A stretch of 63,974 nt of DNA, filler included, from Octopus bimaculoides (taxonomy: Eukaryota): the NCBI RefSeq assembly GCF_001194135.2. It is 6 parts of 6 records of this genome, joined end to end, with 100 filler letters (N's around TTAATTAATTAA, not from the genome) between each part and the next. Parts side by side here need not be neighbours in the genome. Positions count along the whole stretch, not along the records: positions 1 to 26,468 come from NC_068986.1; positions 26,569 to 41,221 come from NC_069010.1; 4 more parts are not named here. One strand, written 5' to 3'. Of this stretch, positions 25,685-36,390 are shown one piece after another (the first letter of the stretch is position 1; every line of letters begins with the position of its first letter). Position numbers and translations under genes: made by a program. Under the pieces are notes generated by a model. The model made no database searches, was not told where the DNA came from, and saw only the letters and a list, made by a program, of their open reading frames with translations.

Positions 25685-26195
25685 TATTTTATTATTACAT
25701 GTTTGACTTTTGATTTGTATTTGTACAAGTTGACTCCAAGTCTCACCCAGATATCTCCAGAGACAAGTTAGAAGTTCATGTTGGTGTTATGCCTAGGTGT
25801 TATACATTTGGTTTTGCACATAGTTTTGTTCTGAAGAATGTTTAAGAAAACATAAGAAAATTATTAGTTTGTTTTAAAATTTGAGATTACACAGACAGTA
25901 TTTTACGTAGGATGTGGGCAGTTCCCATGAGCACTATCTTTTGAATTTCTGCCATTTTGGAGTTTCCTGGTATCTGAGCTAGGTAGGAATCAGCCCCTTT
26001 TGCTATCATTCCTAGGACACCTATGACAACAGGTAGTGTTTAAGTCTTGAGGCTCCACATTTTGCCAATTTGTATTTCAAGATACTCGCTCAGTTTTTGG
26101 TAGGTCTTGACAGATACATTTATGTCGATTGGGACAATCGTTTCAATGAGGAGATATGATGGCACTCTTCTTTTAACTTTGACTCTATATCTCCG
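25685..26195 (-). mobile_element. R4/Dong-like non-LTR 3' end with (TAA)n tail
   Basis: IGKMWSLKT*TLPVVIGVLGMIAKGADSYLAQIPGNSKMAEIQKIVLMGTAHILRKILSV*. The 3' UTR ends in taataataaaataataata. Confidence 0.85.
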
Positions 26196-26340
26196 GGAGG
26201 AGTTACCTCAATGCTTTCTGTATTAACCAAAATGAAGTAGATTGCGAAATTATTTTTTTGAACCCGTTGAAGATACACAAGATGTCGAAATATCGTTCAC
26301 TAGATAACAATGGCACTCTTCTTTTAATTTTGACTCTATC

Positions 26341-26348
26341 ATTATTAT

Positions 26349-26421
<73 letters not shown>

Positions 26422-26455
26422 ACTACTACTACGACTACTATTATTATTATTATTC
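26341..26455. repeat. Compound (ATT)/(CTA)/(CTG) trinucleotide repeat
   Basis: Direct observation. Confidence 0.95.
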
Positions 26456-26675
26456 AGTAGTTTTATTTNNNNNNNNNNNNNNNNNNNNNNNNNNNNNNNN
26501 NNNNNNNNNNNNTTAATTAATTAANNNNNNNNNNNNNNNNNNNNNNNNNNNNNNNNNNNNNNNNNNNNATCTACACCATCTGAAATATATTTATAGAAAA
26601 TATCTTGAAAAAATACTCATTTTTCTGTGAGTTATGAGGAAACAAAGTCGGTGGGGCACTTGTATGTATATATAT

Positions 26676-26721
<46 letters not shown>

Positions 26722-26832
26722 ACGTAGATAAATAGATAGATAGATAGATAGATATGAAGGTAAATGAGTTACTAGGGGCCGATATGTTTCCATTGTATAA
26801 CCCTTGAAGAAATTAAGGATAATAATATATTT

Positions 26833-26925
26833 AAGGTCAACTTGGCCTTTCATCCTAGCGGGGATCGATAAATTTAAAGGACCAATCAAGTGCTGGGGTC
26901 GCTTTTATCGATTCAACACCCCCTC
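26833..26925 (+). mobile_element. SINE family B central-domain fragment
   Basis: aggtcaacttggcctttcatcctagcgggatcgataaa...gctggggtcg. Confidence 0.65.
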
Positions 26926-27024
26926 CTTCTTAAGGCTTGTATCTATGCAAGACATTGTACGTGCGTGCATATATATATTTATATTTATATGTTGCACCTG
27001 CAATCAAGGGCGTTCCCGTTGTGT

Positions 27025-27810
27025 GTGTATCTAGGACTATACTATCTAATGAGCTCTTCCCAGTTGGCCTGTTTAGCCCCGGGTCAGTCTTTTTGCAACG
27101 GACCCATGATCAAATGTGTTCCAGTGGTGACCATCCAATTTTGCATTCACACATAGTGTACCTAGGGCTACATTATCTAATGTGCCTCTTCTCGTGTTGT
27201 TGTTAAATACCAGGTTAATCTTTAATCCAGCAGATCCATGATGTTCTATCCGTGACCATCCTGTCTTTTATTGAGACACAGTGGTATACGGAGCTACATT
27301 GCTTGTTGTGGCTTGTTTAGCCCCCGGCAGTTTTGATCCCGTAGACCTATGATCAATTTTGTTCCAGTTATGATTATCCTATCCTTTTTATTCAGGTAGA
27401 GTGTGTCATAGTGTATCTAGGACTACATTATCTAACGCGCCCTTACTTGTGGTTGTTGAACCCCAGAACAGTCCAGATCCAGTGGCGTTCCAGCCGTGAC
27501 CATCCTGTCTTTTATTCAGACATAGTGTATCTAGGATTACATTATCTAACGTCGTTCCTTCTTGTTGTTTTGTTCCAGATCAGTCCTGATCTAGCAGACC
27601 TATGATCAGTGATGTTCCCTCTGTGACCATCCCGTCTTTACTTCAGGCATAATGTATCTTGTACTACATTATCTAATGTGTCCTTCCTCGTTGTTGGGTG
27701 TTTAGTCTTCGGTCAGTCCTGATCCAGCTGACCTATGATCAAAGATGTTCCAGATGTGACCATCCTGTCTTGTATTCAGACATTGTGTATCTGGGACTAC
27801 ATTCTCAAAT
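27025..27810. repeat. Tandem array of ~6.5 diverged ~125-bp units
   Basis: Anchor gtgtatctaggactacattatctaa recurs near 27027, 27157, 27283, 27411, 27524, 27652 and 27785, with gacctatgatcaa and gtgaccatcc between anchors. Confidence 0.85.
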
Positions 27811-28338
27811 GCGTCTCCCTTTAACCCCCCCCCCCCCAAATGAATAAATAAATAACGAAGAAATACTATGATTTGAGTTAGATTTTGCTGCTATTTCTTG
27901 CAGGCAGAGCGACCGCGTATAGGCGCTTCCTCGTTAATTCGAAGTAAACAAAGTTGTGGGTGTATATATATGTATTTGTATGCGTGTATGAATGAATGCA
28001 GGGGACTGTGTTTAATGTGTGCGTGTGTGTATAATGTAAACAATTGCATATTGTAAACGGTATATGTGTGTGTGTATAATGCATGTGTACGTGTATCTAT
28101 GTATAATTACGTCGCATATATATTCATGTATGTATGTACAATTCTGCTGCGTATATACATTTATATATATATATGTGTGTGTGTGTTGATAATGTTTCTG
28201 TATAAGAGTTGGGGAGGCAGGATGTCTAAATTTGTTTTCCGCAGTTGTTTCACCGTATGTTGGTTAGCTCAAGACAGTCCGACCGGGACCATCCAGTTTT
28301 AATAACGGAGTGTATTTGTACTTTTGTGTTATCTAATG

Positions 28339-28603
28339 CAGAGGTTTTCAAACTTTTTGACTTGCGGACCCCTTTATATTTCAGGCTTTACCCTTATAAA
28401 CGCTTATGAAATTTATACATAAATATTTGCTTAAAATAACATATTTTTGCATTTATTTATTTAACAGTGTTTAACAAAATAGGTTTATTGTCAATTAAAA
28501 GATTTCGATTAAAAGAACATATATAAAATCAAATTGTCCATAAAAAGTATTTGCTGTCTACGGACCCCCTGTGGTCCGCGGACCACAGTTTGAAAAACCC
28601 CTG
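28339..28603. mobile_element. hAT (Charlie-like) MITE
   Basis: TIRs cagaggttttcaaac / gtttgaaaaacccctg. Perfect 8-bp TSD atctaatg (28331-28338, 28604-28611). Subterminal 20-bp palindrome ctgtggtccgcggaccacag. Confidence 0.92.
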
Positions 28604-29092
28604 ATCTAATGTGTCGTCGTATTTAAAACCAGTTACGGTGTGGTTTGAGGCAGATTTGACTGCTATTTCTGCCAGTTCGAACGAACTACGTAGCGGCTTC
28701 CTTGTGTGTATATGTGTGCGCGCGCGCGCGCGTTATAAGTAGTACAATGCGTATGTGTGTGTCGTAAGAGGACTGAGGACATGTCAGTTAGTGATGTGTG
28801 TGTGTGTATGTGTACAATATATCGGTTTACCGGTATGCGTGTGTCTGTGTGTTTCTGTAGTTGTTATGTGGATTGTTTGTGTGTGTGTGTGTGTATGTGT
28901 GTTCTATAAGCAGCCTAGTGTCTGTGTATGTTTGTGTGTGTGTGTGTGTGTGTGTGTACTTTTGTTTTGAAAGAAAGACCTGTCCCTCTGTTTAGTATAT
29001 GCGAGAGTCGTGATACTTAAGTTTAGTACGGGTTACATTTAACTGAGTGGGGGCGTGAGTGACTAAATCTGTTCATATAAATTTGTGCGCTG

Positions 29093-29164
<72 letters not shown>

Positions 29165-29650
29165 ATACATTTATAAACATATTGTGTTTATCAGTTTCTG
29201 CGCACATTAGACACACCAGTCGAAAGATTGGTGTGTATAACGGGCGCATACACAAAAACACACACATACATATCTTTTTTGACAGAGTACGTGTTTAGCT
29301 TTTACAAGAAAAGAGTTGATAGTAACTTCGAAGTGAGTGTCAGGCTTTCCCTTGTAAAAGCTTCATAAACATGTACTTTCACTGAACTGTAAAAAGTATT
29401 CGTTAGCCCATTAATCTAATGCAGAGTTGTAGTATTAACACCAGCCCCTCACTTTGGTACAATACCCCACAAGCTGAAGTGGGGTACCGTAACAGGGTGC
29501 GGCACTAGGGGCTATGGAGCAAGAGATTAGGAGTTGGATGAGGACTACTGATGCCTGTCCACCTGACCATCCCTAAAAAGTTACAATTGAAAGGTACAAA
29601 AGTTGCTACCTGTATTCAGAGCCCCCTACACCCTGTGGTCTTGAAACGGG

Positions 29651-29718
<68 letters not shown>

Positions 29719-29719
29719 G

Positions 29720-30120
29720 TATGTGGCTGTGTAGTAAGTAGCTTGCTTCCCAACCACAACGTTCCGGGTTCAGTCCCACTGCGTGACACCTTAGGCAAGT
29801 GTCTTCTACTATAGCCTCCGCTGACCAAAGCCTTGTGAGTGCATTTGGTAGATGGAAACTAAAAGAAGCCTGTCATATATGTTTGTGTATGTGTGTGTGT
29901 GTGTGTCTTTGTGTCTGGGTTTGTACCCCTACTACTGCTTGACAGCCAGTGCTGTGGTGTGTTCACGTCCTTGTAACTGAGCAGTACAGCATAAGGGATT
30001 GATAGAATAAGTACCAGTCTTAATAAAAACTATAAGCACTGGAGTCGATTCATTCGACTAAAACTCGAAGGCTGTGTTCCAGCATGGCCACAGTCTAAAG
30101 ACTGAAACAAGCAAAAGAAT
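29720..30120 (+). mobile_element. SINE family A (CORE-type tRNA SINE), near full length
   Basis: A box gtggctgtgtag, B box ggttcagtccc, CORE-like ccttaggcaagtgtctt, internal microsatellite and family tail. Confidence 0.9.
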
Positions 30121-30141
30121 ATGTGTTTGTGTGTGTGTATG

Positions 30142-30355
30142 CTTTTATTTGTTTTAGTCATTTGACTGCGGCCATGCTGGAGCACCGCCTTTAGTTGAAC
30201 AAATCAACCCCAGGTCTTATTCTTTGTAAGCCTAGTACTTATTCTATTGGTTCCTTTTGCCGAAAGGCTAAGTTATGGCAACATAAACTCACCAATATTG
30301 GTGGTCAAGCGATCGTGGAGGGGGATAGACAGACACACCCAAACACATATATGAC
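30142..30355 (-). mobile_element. SINE family A, 3' half
   Basis: tttagtcatttgactgcggccatgctggagcaccgcc. Confidence 0.85.
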
Positions 30356-30371
30356 TGTCAGAATGATGTAG

Positions 30372-30417
30372 ATGCCTCTGATGAGAACCCAATAAGGTTT
30401 GAAAATTGATTAAGCAT
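30372..30417 (+). ncRNA. Minimal type I hammerhead ribozyme candidate
   Basis: atgcct-CTGATGA-G AACC caataa GGTT T-GAAA-attgat-TA-agcat. All core nucleotides are present. Confidence 0.55.
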
Positions 30418-30529
30418 GTGGTTGAGAAGGAAATGTCTTACCACACAGCTGCACCTGTGTCTATTTATGAAAATAAATTTGAAAAAATTTAACCTTTGAG
30501 TAATATATTTCCATTTTATGATACTTAAT

Positions 30530-31145
30530 ACTTAGGTATTTAAACTGGCCATATCAGGCCCAAATATTGTGTTTTATATTCAAGTGAGCCAGATCTGGCC
30601 TCTCACACCCACCATACAATGTCAATCTAGAAATTAGCAATCACATTGAAATCTTGAAGCTGTGAGAATAATGCATGATTAATTCAAAACAATGGTGAGA
30701 AAGGAACATCTGACATTTGACCTCACAGGGGGGACGACAAGGGACCAAGACTTCTGGTGGTTTGCTGTGCTTGAGAAGTAAAATTGTGGTTACCCTTGCA
30801 TACAGGCATGTCCCCCGACATCCCTTTTCAACTGAGCAATCCTAATCTTGTGGACTCATGGGTGCTGGTGCCACCCATGCCAATGGCACATAAGAGCGCC
30901 CATGCTGGTGTCATATAAATGCAACCAGTACACTCTGTTTAAATGGTTGGCATTAGGAAGGGCACCCAGCCGTAGAAACCATGCCAAAACAGACACGGAG
31001 CCTGGGCAGTTCTTCAGCTGGATAGCTCCATGTCAAACCTTCCAACCCATGCCAGCATGGAAAACAGACATTAAATGATGATGATGATGATGATGAATAA
31101 ATAAGCATTACATTTGACAGGCTAACTTGAATGCTAAAGGGCTGA
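30530..31145. mobile_element. Possible piggyBac-like (TTAA) MITE split by a ~400-bp insertion
   Basis: Right end aatgctaaagggctga, degenerate left end ttaatacttaggtattt. Interrupted at ~30700-31093. Confidence 0.3.
30840..31093 (+). mobile_element. Non-autonomous retroposon family X, 3' part with (GAT)n tail
   Basis: ggttggcattaggaagggcacccagccgtagaaaccatgcc...ccatgccagcatggaaaacagacattaaatgatgatgatg. An inverted copy lies at 32847. Confidence 0.75.
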
Positions 31146-31334
31146 TAAATGACTTTCAAATTCATCTACATATTCATTCTGCCTACTCGGGATATGCAAG
31201 TCTATTTTTATATTTTGTTTCATTATTAGACTCGGTGGGGGAGTCTACCCCTCTCCTTTGAAAGACATAGCGAGACTGAACCCAAAACATTGTGTGCATG
31301 TGTGTGTATGTGTGTGCATATACTCTACTGGCCC

Positions 31335-31650
31335 TCCATTGGTTACAATGAGGGTTCCAATTGATCCAATCAGTGGAACAGCCTGCTCATGAAATTAACA
31401 TGCAAGTGGCTGAGTACTCCACAGACACATGTGCTCTTAATGTAGTTCTCAGGGAGATTCAGCATGACACAGAGTGTGACAAGGCTGGCTCCTTTTGAAT
31501 TACCGGTACAACTCATTTTTGCCAGTTGAGTGGACTGGAGCATTGTGAAATAAAGTGTCTTGCTCACGGGCACAATGCACTGCTAGGAATTGAACTCACA
31601 ACCTTAGAACCATGGGCCAAAAACCCGAACCACTAAACCACACGCTTTCA
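31335..31650 (-). mobile_element. SINE family D (CORE-like body plus family C tail)
   Basis: The tail matches family C (ggaacagcctgctc, gtgtgacaaggctg). The body contains gtgtcttgctca, and the head is tRNA-like. Confidence 0.8.
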
Positions 31651-31885
31651 CACACACACACATTGGTACATATGTGTGTGTGTTCATGCGTGTTTGTTTG
31701 ATAACCAGCATTGGTTTGTTTACATCCCTGTGACTTAGCAATTCAGCAGAATCTGATAGAATAAACACTGATGGGTGTGGGCTAATTGCGTGGAATAAGC
31801 TCTTCAAGACAATGAGTGGTGTCCTAGCATGGCTGAGCAAATAAAAGACCGAAAGATGAGAAGAATAGTGGTTAATGATGCCTGT

Positions 31886-32276
31886 GTGGAGGCGCAATGG
31901 CCCAGTGGTTAGGGAAGCGGACTCGTGGTCATAGGATTGCAGTTTCGATTCCCAGACCAGGCGTTGTGAGTGTTTATTGAGCGAAAGCACCTAAGGCTCC
32001 ACGAGGCTCCGGCAGGGGATGGTGGCGAACCCTGCTGTACTCTTTCACCACAACTTTCTCTCACTCTTACTTCCTGTTTCTGTTGTGCCTGTAATTCAAA
32101 GGGTCAGCCTTGTCACACTCTGTGTCACGCTGAATCTCCCTGAGAACTACGTTAAGGGTACACGTGTCTGTGGAATGCTCAGCCACTTGCACGTTAATTT
32201 CACGAGCAGGCTGTTCCGTTGATCGGATCAACTGGAACCCTCGACATTGTAAGCAACGGAGTGATAACAACAACAA
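31886..32276 (+). mobile_element. SINE family C, full length with TSD
   Basis: gtggaggcgcaatggcccagtggttagg...gtttcgattccc. TSD aatgatgc(c/t)tgt at 31874-31885 and 32277-32288. Confidence 0.92.
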
Positions 32277-32828
32277 AATGATGCTTGTAAGCCTCTTGTC
32301 TCCATACGACCAATGTTGTGTTGTCCTAGAAATGCATCTTAACGCTATGGAGGGTTGCAGCCTGAATGCAATCCATGGTTCTAAGAGCCGAGAACAGGAA
32401 CTGCAAGGGATTTCTATCCAACTACCACAAGGTCCAGTCCTTGTGATTTCGTGACTTGTATGCCTCAATGAGCCTGAAAGAGATGCCATCAGGGAGCAAG
32501 CCCCTGATAACGCCCCTCTTCTTGCTGGATAAGTCAAAAGACAGAAGATGGAATAATATGGACCACCTCTTCCGAGAGGCAAAAATGGGTCTGTGTAGAG
32601 CTAACACCCCTACCTAGAAAAGGGTAGTTACAGAAGCATCAATGACAATTCAAAACCACGAAGCCCTGGGAGAAGAAAGCCCTACATGGAAGAACAAAAT
32701 CCAAAAGGAAGCTGTAAGGCTGGCCCCTCCACCTCTTCTGACCATCAGGAGACAGACTAGAGTTGAGAACAGTGGAAAAAAGTTACCAATGGCCTATGCT
32801 CTCCAGGGAGTGAAGGGCTTAAGTAATT
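32277..32828 (+). mobile_element. Internally deleted non-autonomous RTE element
   Basis: RTE-like 5' UTR motif gagctaacacccctacctagaaaa, joined to the ORF end EQWKKVTNGLCSPGSEGLK* and cttaagtaa. Confidence 0.65.
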
Positions 32829-32846
32829 TTCATCCAACCCCCTCTA

Positions 32847-33300
32847 ATCATCATCATCATCTTGTTTAATGTTCCATGCTGGCATGGGTTAGATGGTTTG
32901 ACATGAACTGGTCGGGCAGGCAACAGCACCGGGCTTCTGTGTCTGTTTTGGCATGATTTTTACGGCTGGATGCCCTTCCTAACACCAACCACTTGTGGAC
33001 AGAGGAAACAGAGTGCTTTTTTATATGGCACGAGCACAGGTGGGGGTCAGTTTTGGCATGGTTTTTACAGCTGGTTGCATTTCCAAATGCTAACCACTTT
33101 GTGGGCTGGACTCTTTTCATGTGGCACCAGCACTGGCAGGGTCACCGAGTAACTTGCAAGACAAGGATCCCTTTGAGAGGGGAGAGGACATTGAAGGAGG
33201 AGGTGATCTTGTGTCAGATGATGAAAGGTTAGAATATGACGGAGACAGAAACAGGTGTCTTGCTGTAGGAGAGGTAACAAGGTTACCTGAATTTTGCCAA
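32847..33300 (-). mobile_element. Family X retroposon with a duplicated ~105-bp internal module
   Basis: (TCA)n tail. Module ttttggcatg.tttttac.gctgg.tgc..ttcc.aa.gc.aaccactt occurs at ~32946 and ~33051. Confidence 0.75.
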
Positions 33301-33324
33301 TCCATCCCTCCCTATCTTCCGTTA

Positions 33325-33495
33325 GTGTTTTGATAACCAACGTTGGTGTGTTTAAGTCCCCGTAACTTAGTGGTTTGGCAAAAGGGACCGATAGAATAAG
33401 TACTAAGCTTACAAAGAATAACTCCTGGGGTTGAGTTGTTCGACTAAAGGCGGTGCTCCAGCATGGCCACAGTCAAATGACTGAAGCGAATAAAA
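33325..33495 (+). mobile_element. SINE family A, 3' part
   Basis: Matches the family tail. Confidence 0.85.
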
Positions 33496-33508
33496 AAATA
33501 TGTATATG

Positions 33509-33900
33509 GGCGCAGTAGTGGCTGTGTGGTAAGTAGCTTGTTTACCAACCACATGGTTCCGGGTTCAGTCCCACTGCGTGGCACCTTGGGCAAGTGTCTT
33601 CTACTATAGCCTCGGGCCGACCAAAGCCTTGTGAGTAGATTTGGTAGACGGAAACTGAAAGAAGCCCGTCGTATATATACATATATATATATGTGTGTGT
33701 GTGTTTGTGTTTGTGTTTGTCCCCCCACCAACGCTTGACAACCGATGGTGGCGTGTTTACGTCCCCGTAACTTAGCGGTTCGGCAAAAGTGACCGATAGA
33801 ATAAGTGCTAGGCTTCCAAAGAATAATTCCTGGGGTTGAATTGTTCGACTAAAGGCGGTGCTCCAGCATGGCCACAGTGAAATGACTGAAGCGAAAAGAA
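33509..33900 (+). mobile_element. SINE family A, full length with TSD
   Basis: ggcgcagtagtggctgtgtgg...ggttcagtccc...caccttgggcaagtgtctt. TSD aaaaatatgtat on both sides. Confidence 0.95.
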
Positions 33901-35057
33901 AAATATGTATTTGAGCATGTGTGTCTATGAAATAGCACCAATAACACTGTTTTCTTCCTTGTGTGTGTGTGTGTGTATTAAGATTAGGAGAATGAAAAGT
34001 ATAAAAGGAGGGGGAATTCTATAGGTGAGCAAAATACAGTGGGTGTTGTTTATCAGGGAAATGATTTGTAAGGCAGTGGAGATTAGGAAGGTGTGATGGA
34101 TACAAGACAAATAATAGATTATGTGAAAATAGATAGAGGCGGGTGGAGGAGAGGGGACAATATATATATATATAGATATATGTAAGAGAGAGAGGGTTGG
34201 GTTATTGGATGGGAAATGGATTAAGAAGGGAGAAGAGGAAAGAGATGGGTAAATTGATAAAGGGAGAGAGAGGTAGGCATGTAGAATGATGGATAGAAAC
34301 ATACCTACATAGATTGACACAGATAGACATGTAGAAGTTGATGGGTTTATAAATGGATGAGTTCTGGCTCGATTACTTAAATGGTAGGATGTATGGATAG
34401 ATGAATCTATNNNNNNNNNNNNNNNNNNNNNNNNNNNNNNNNNNNNNNNNNNNNNNNNNNNNNNNNNNNNNNNNNNNNNNNNNNNNNNNNNNNNNNNNNN
34501 NNNNNNNNNNNNNNNNNNNNNNNNNNNNNNNNNNNNNNNNNNNNNNNNNNNNNNNNNNNNNNNNNNNNNNNNNNNNNNNNNNNNNNNNNNNNNNNNNNNN
34601 NNNNNNNNNNNNNNNNNNNNNNNNNNNNNNNNNNNNNNNNNNNNNNNNNNNNNNNNNNNNNNNNNNNNNNNNNNNNNNNNNNNNNNNNNNNNNNNNNNNN
34701 NNNNNNNNNNNNNNNNNNNNNNNNNNNNNNNNNNNNNNNNNNNNNNNNNNNNNNNNNNNNNNNNNNNNNNNNNNNNNNNNNNNNNNNNNNNNNNNNNNNN
34801 NNNNNNNNNNNNNNNNNNNNNNNNNNNNNNNNNNNNNNNNNNNNNNNNNNNNNNNNNNNNNNNNNNNNNNNNNNNNNNNNNNNNNNNNNNNNNNNNNNNN
34901 NNNNNNNNNNNNNNNNNNNNNNNNNNNNNNNNNNNNNNNNNNNNNNNNATAGCCTTGGACTGACCACGTCCCCTTAACGCAGCTGTTCAGCAAAATAGAC
35001 TGATAGAACAAGTGCTAAGCTGACAAAGAAGCAGTCCACAGTCAAGTAAAAGAATAT

Positions 35058-35110
<53 letters not shown>

Positions 35111-35381
35111 TGCACATATATATATGTACACACAGATGTATGTTTTGATAAGTGGATGAATAGCTTTATGTATAAATTGATTGCATAGATTGAAAAATGA
35201 ATATACTTCTGTATAAATTTGTATGTGTAGATGAATGTATAAATGAATATATGTATACTGTTAGATAAATCTATAAATACATGTGTATATAATATATATG
35301 TAATAAAGTTAAGAATGTAGTTATCGATAAGTGGACAGGTCTGTGTGTTTGTTTGTATGTATGTTTATAAATGTACGTGTA

Positions 35382-35442
<61 letters not shown>

Positions 35443-35979
35443 ATATATGCATATGTATATATACGTGTGTGTATATGTATGTGTATATATGTATGTGTTT
35501 GTATTTACCTGTTTATATGTATACAACACATACATGTGTGTATGTATATATGTGAATATACATGTGTGTACGTATGTATACGTGTTTATATGTATACACA
35601 CATGCACATATATATGTGTGTATATATATATGTATGTAACAAAAAAAGACAGATGGATGAAGTAAATATATGTAGAGTGAGGTGGGGCGGACTGGGTGCA
35701 TTCGCACTAAGGGAAGATGCTCTGCCTTGTAGTTACATCTGTGTCAATGTCTGCACATGACTGGTGTGTGGTGGTGACCTTGACATTCTGTACTTAGGGT
35801 ACACGATTCCCTGCTCATTCAGTATCTCTCTCTCTCTCTCTTATATATATGTTTGTCTATCTCTTTTCTCTCTCTCTCTTTTCTGTGTATTTTTCTCCTA
35901 CTTATCTTACTTTCTCTTTCATCTCTACATTTCTCTTTCCACCTTTACTTTCTCTCTCTTTCTCCTATATTCTCTTCTA

Positions 35980-36390
35980 TCTCTCTCTCTCATCTACATA
36001 TCTTTCTGTTACTCCCTTTCTCTCTCTCATCTACATATCTTTCTGTTACTCCCTTTCTCTTTCTCATCTACATATCTTTCTGTTACTCCCTTTCTCTCTC
36101 TCATCTACATATTTTTCTGTTACTCCATTTCTCTCTCATCTACATATTTTTCTGTTACTCTATTTCTCTCTCTCATCTACATATCTTTCTGTTACTCCCT
36201 TTCTCTCTCTCATCTACATATCTTTCTGTTACTCCCTTTCTCTCTCTCATCTACATATCTTTCTGTTACTCCTTTTCTCTCTCTCATCTACATATCTTTC
36301 TGTTACTCCATTTCTCTCTCTCATCTACATATCTTTCTGTTACTCTCTTTCTCTCTCTCATGTACATATCTTTCTGTTACTCCCTTCCTC
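35980..36390. repeat. ~36-37-bp minisatellite, ~11 copies
   Basis: Unit ctcatctacatatctttctgttactccctttctctct. Confidence 0.93.

Noticed and set aside
26513-26524. TTAATTAATTAA between two 44-N runs, also at 41266, 55654, 60851 and 62876
   Set aside because: Identical 100-bp spacer with stops in all six frames. This is a scaffolding artefact, not biology, and adjacency across these joins is uncertain.
27025-27810. CRISPR-like periodic array
   Set aside because: Whole units are homologous, with no unique spacers, and the context is eukaryotic. The same applies to 57863-57934.
32243-32249. GACATTG, a perfect P1 partner for the HDV-like candidate
   Set aside because: It lies inside the SINE C tail, and the 39643 copy reads GACGTCG, so it is coincidental CpG decay.
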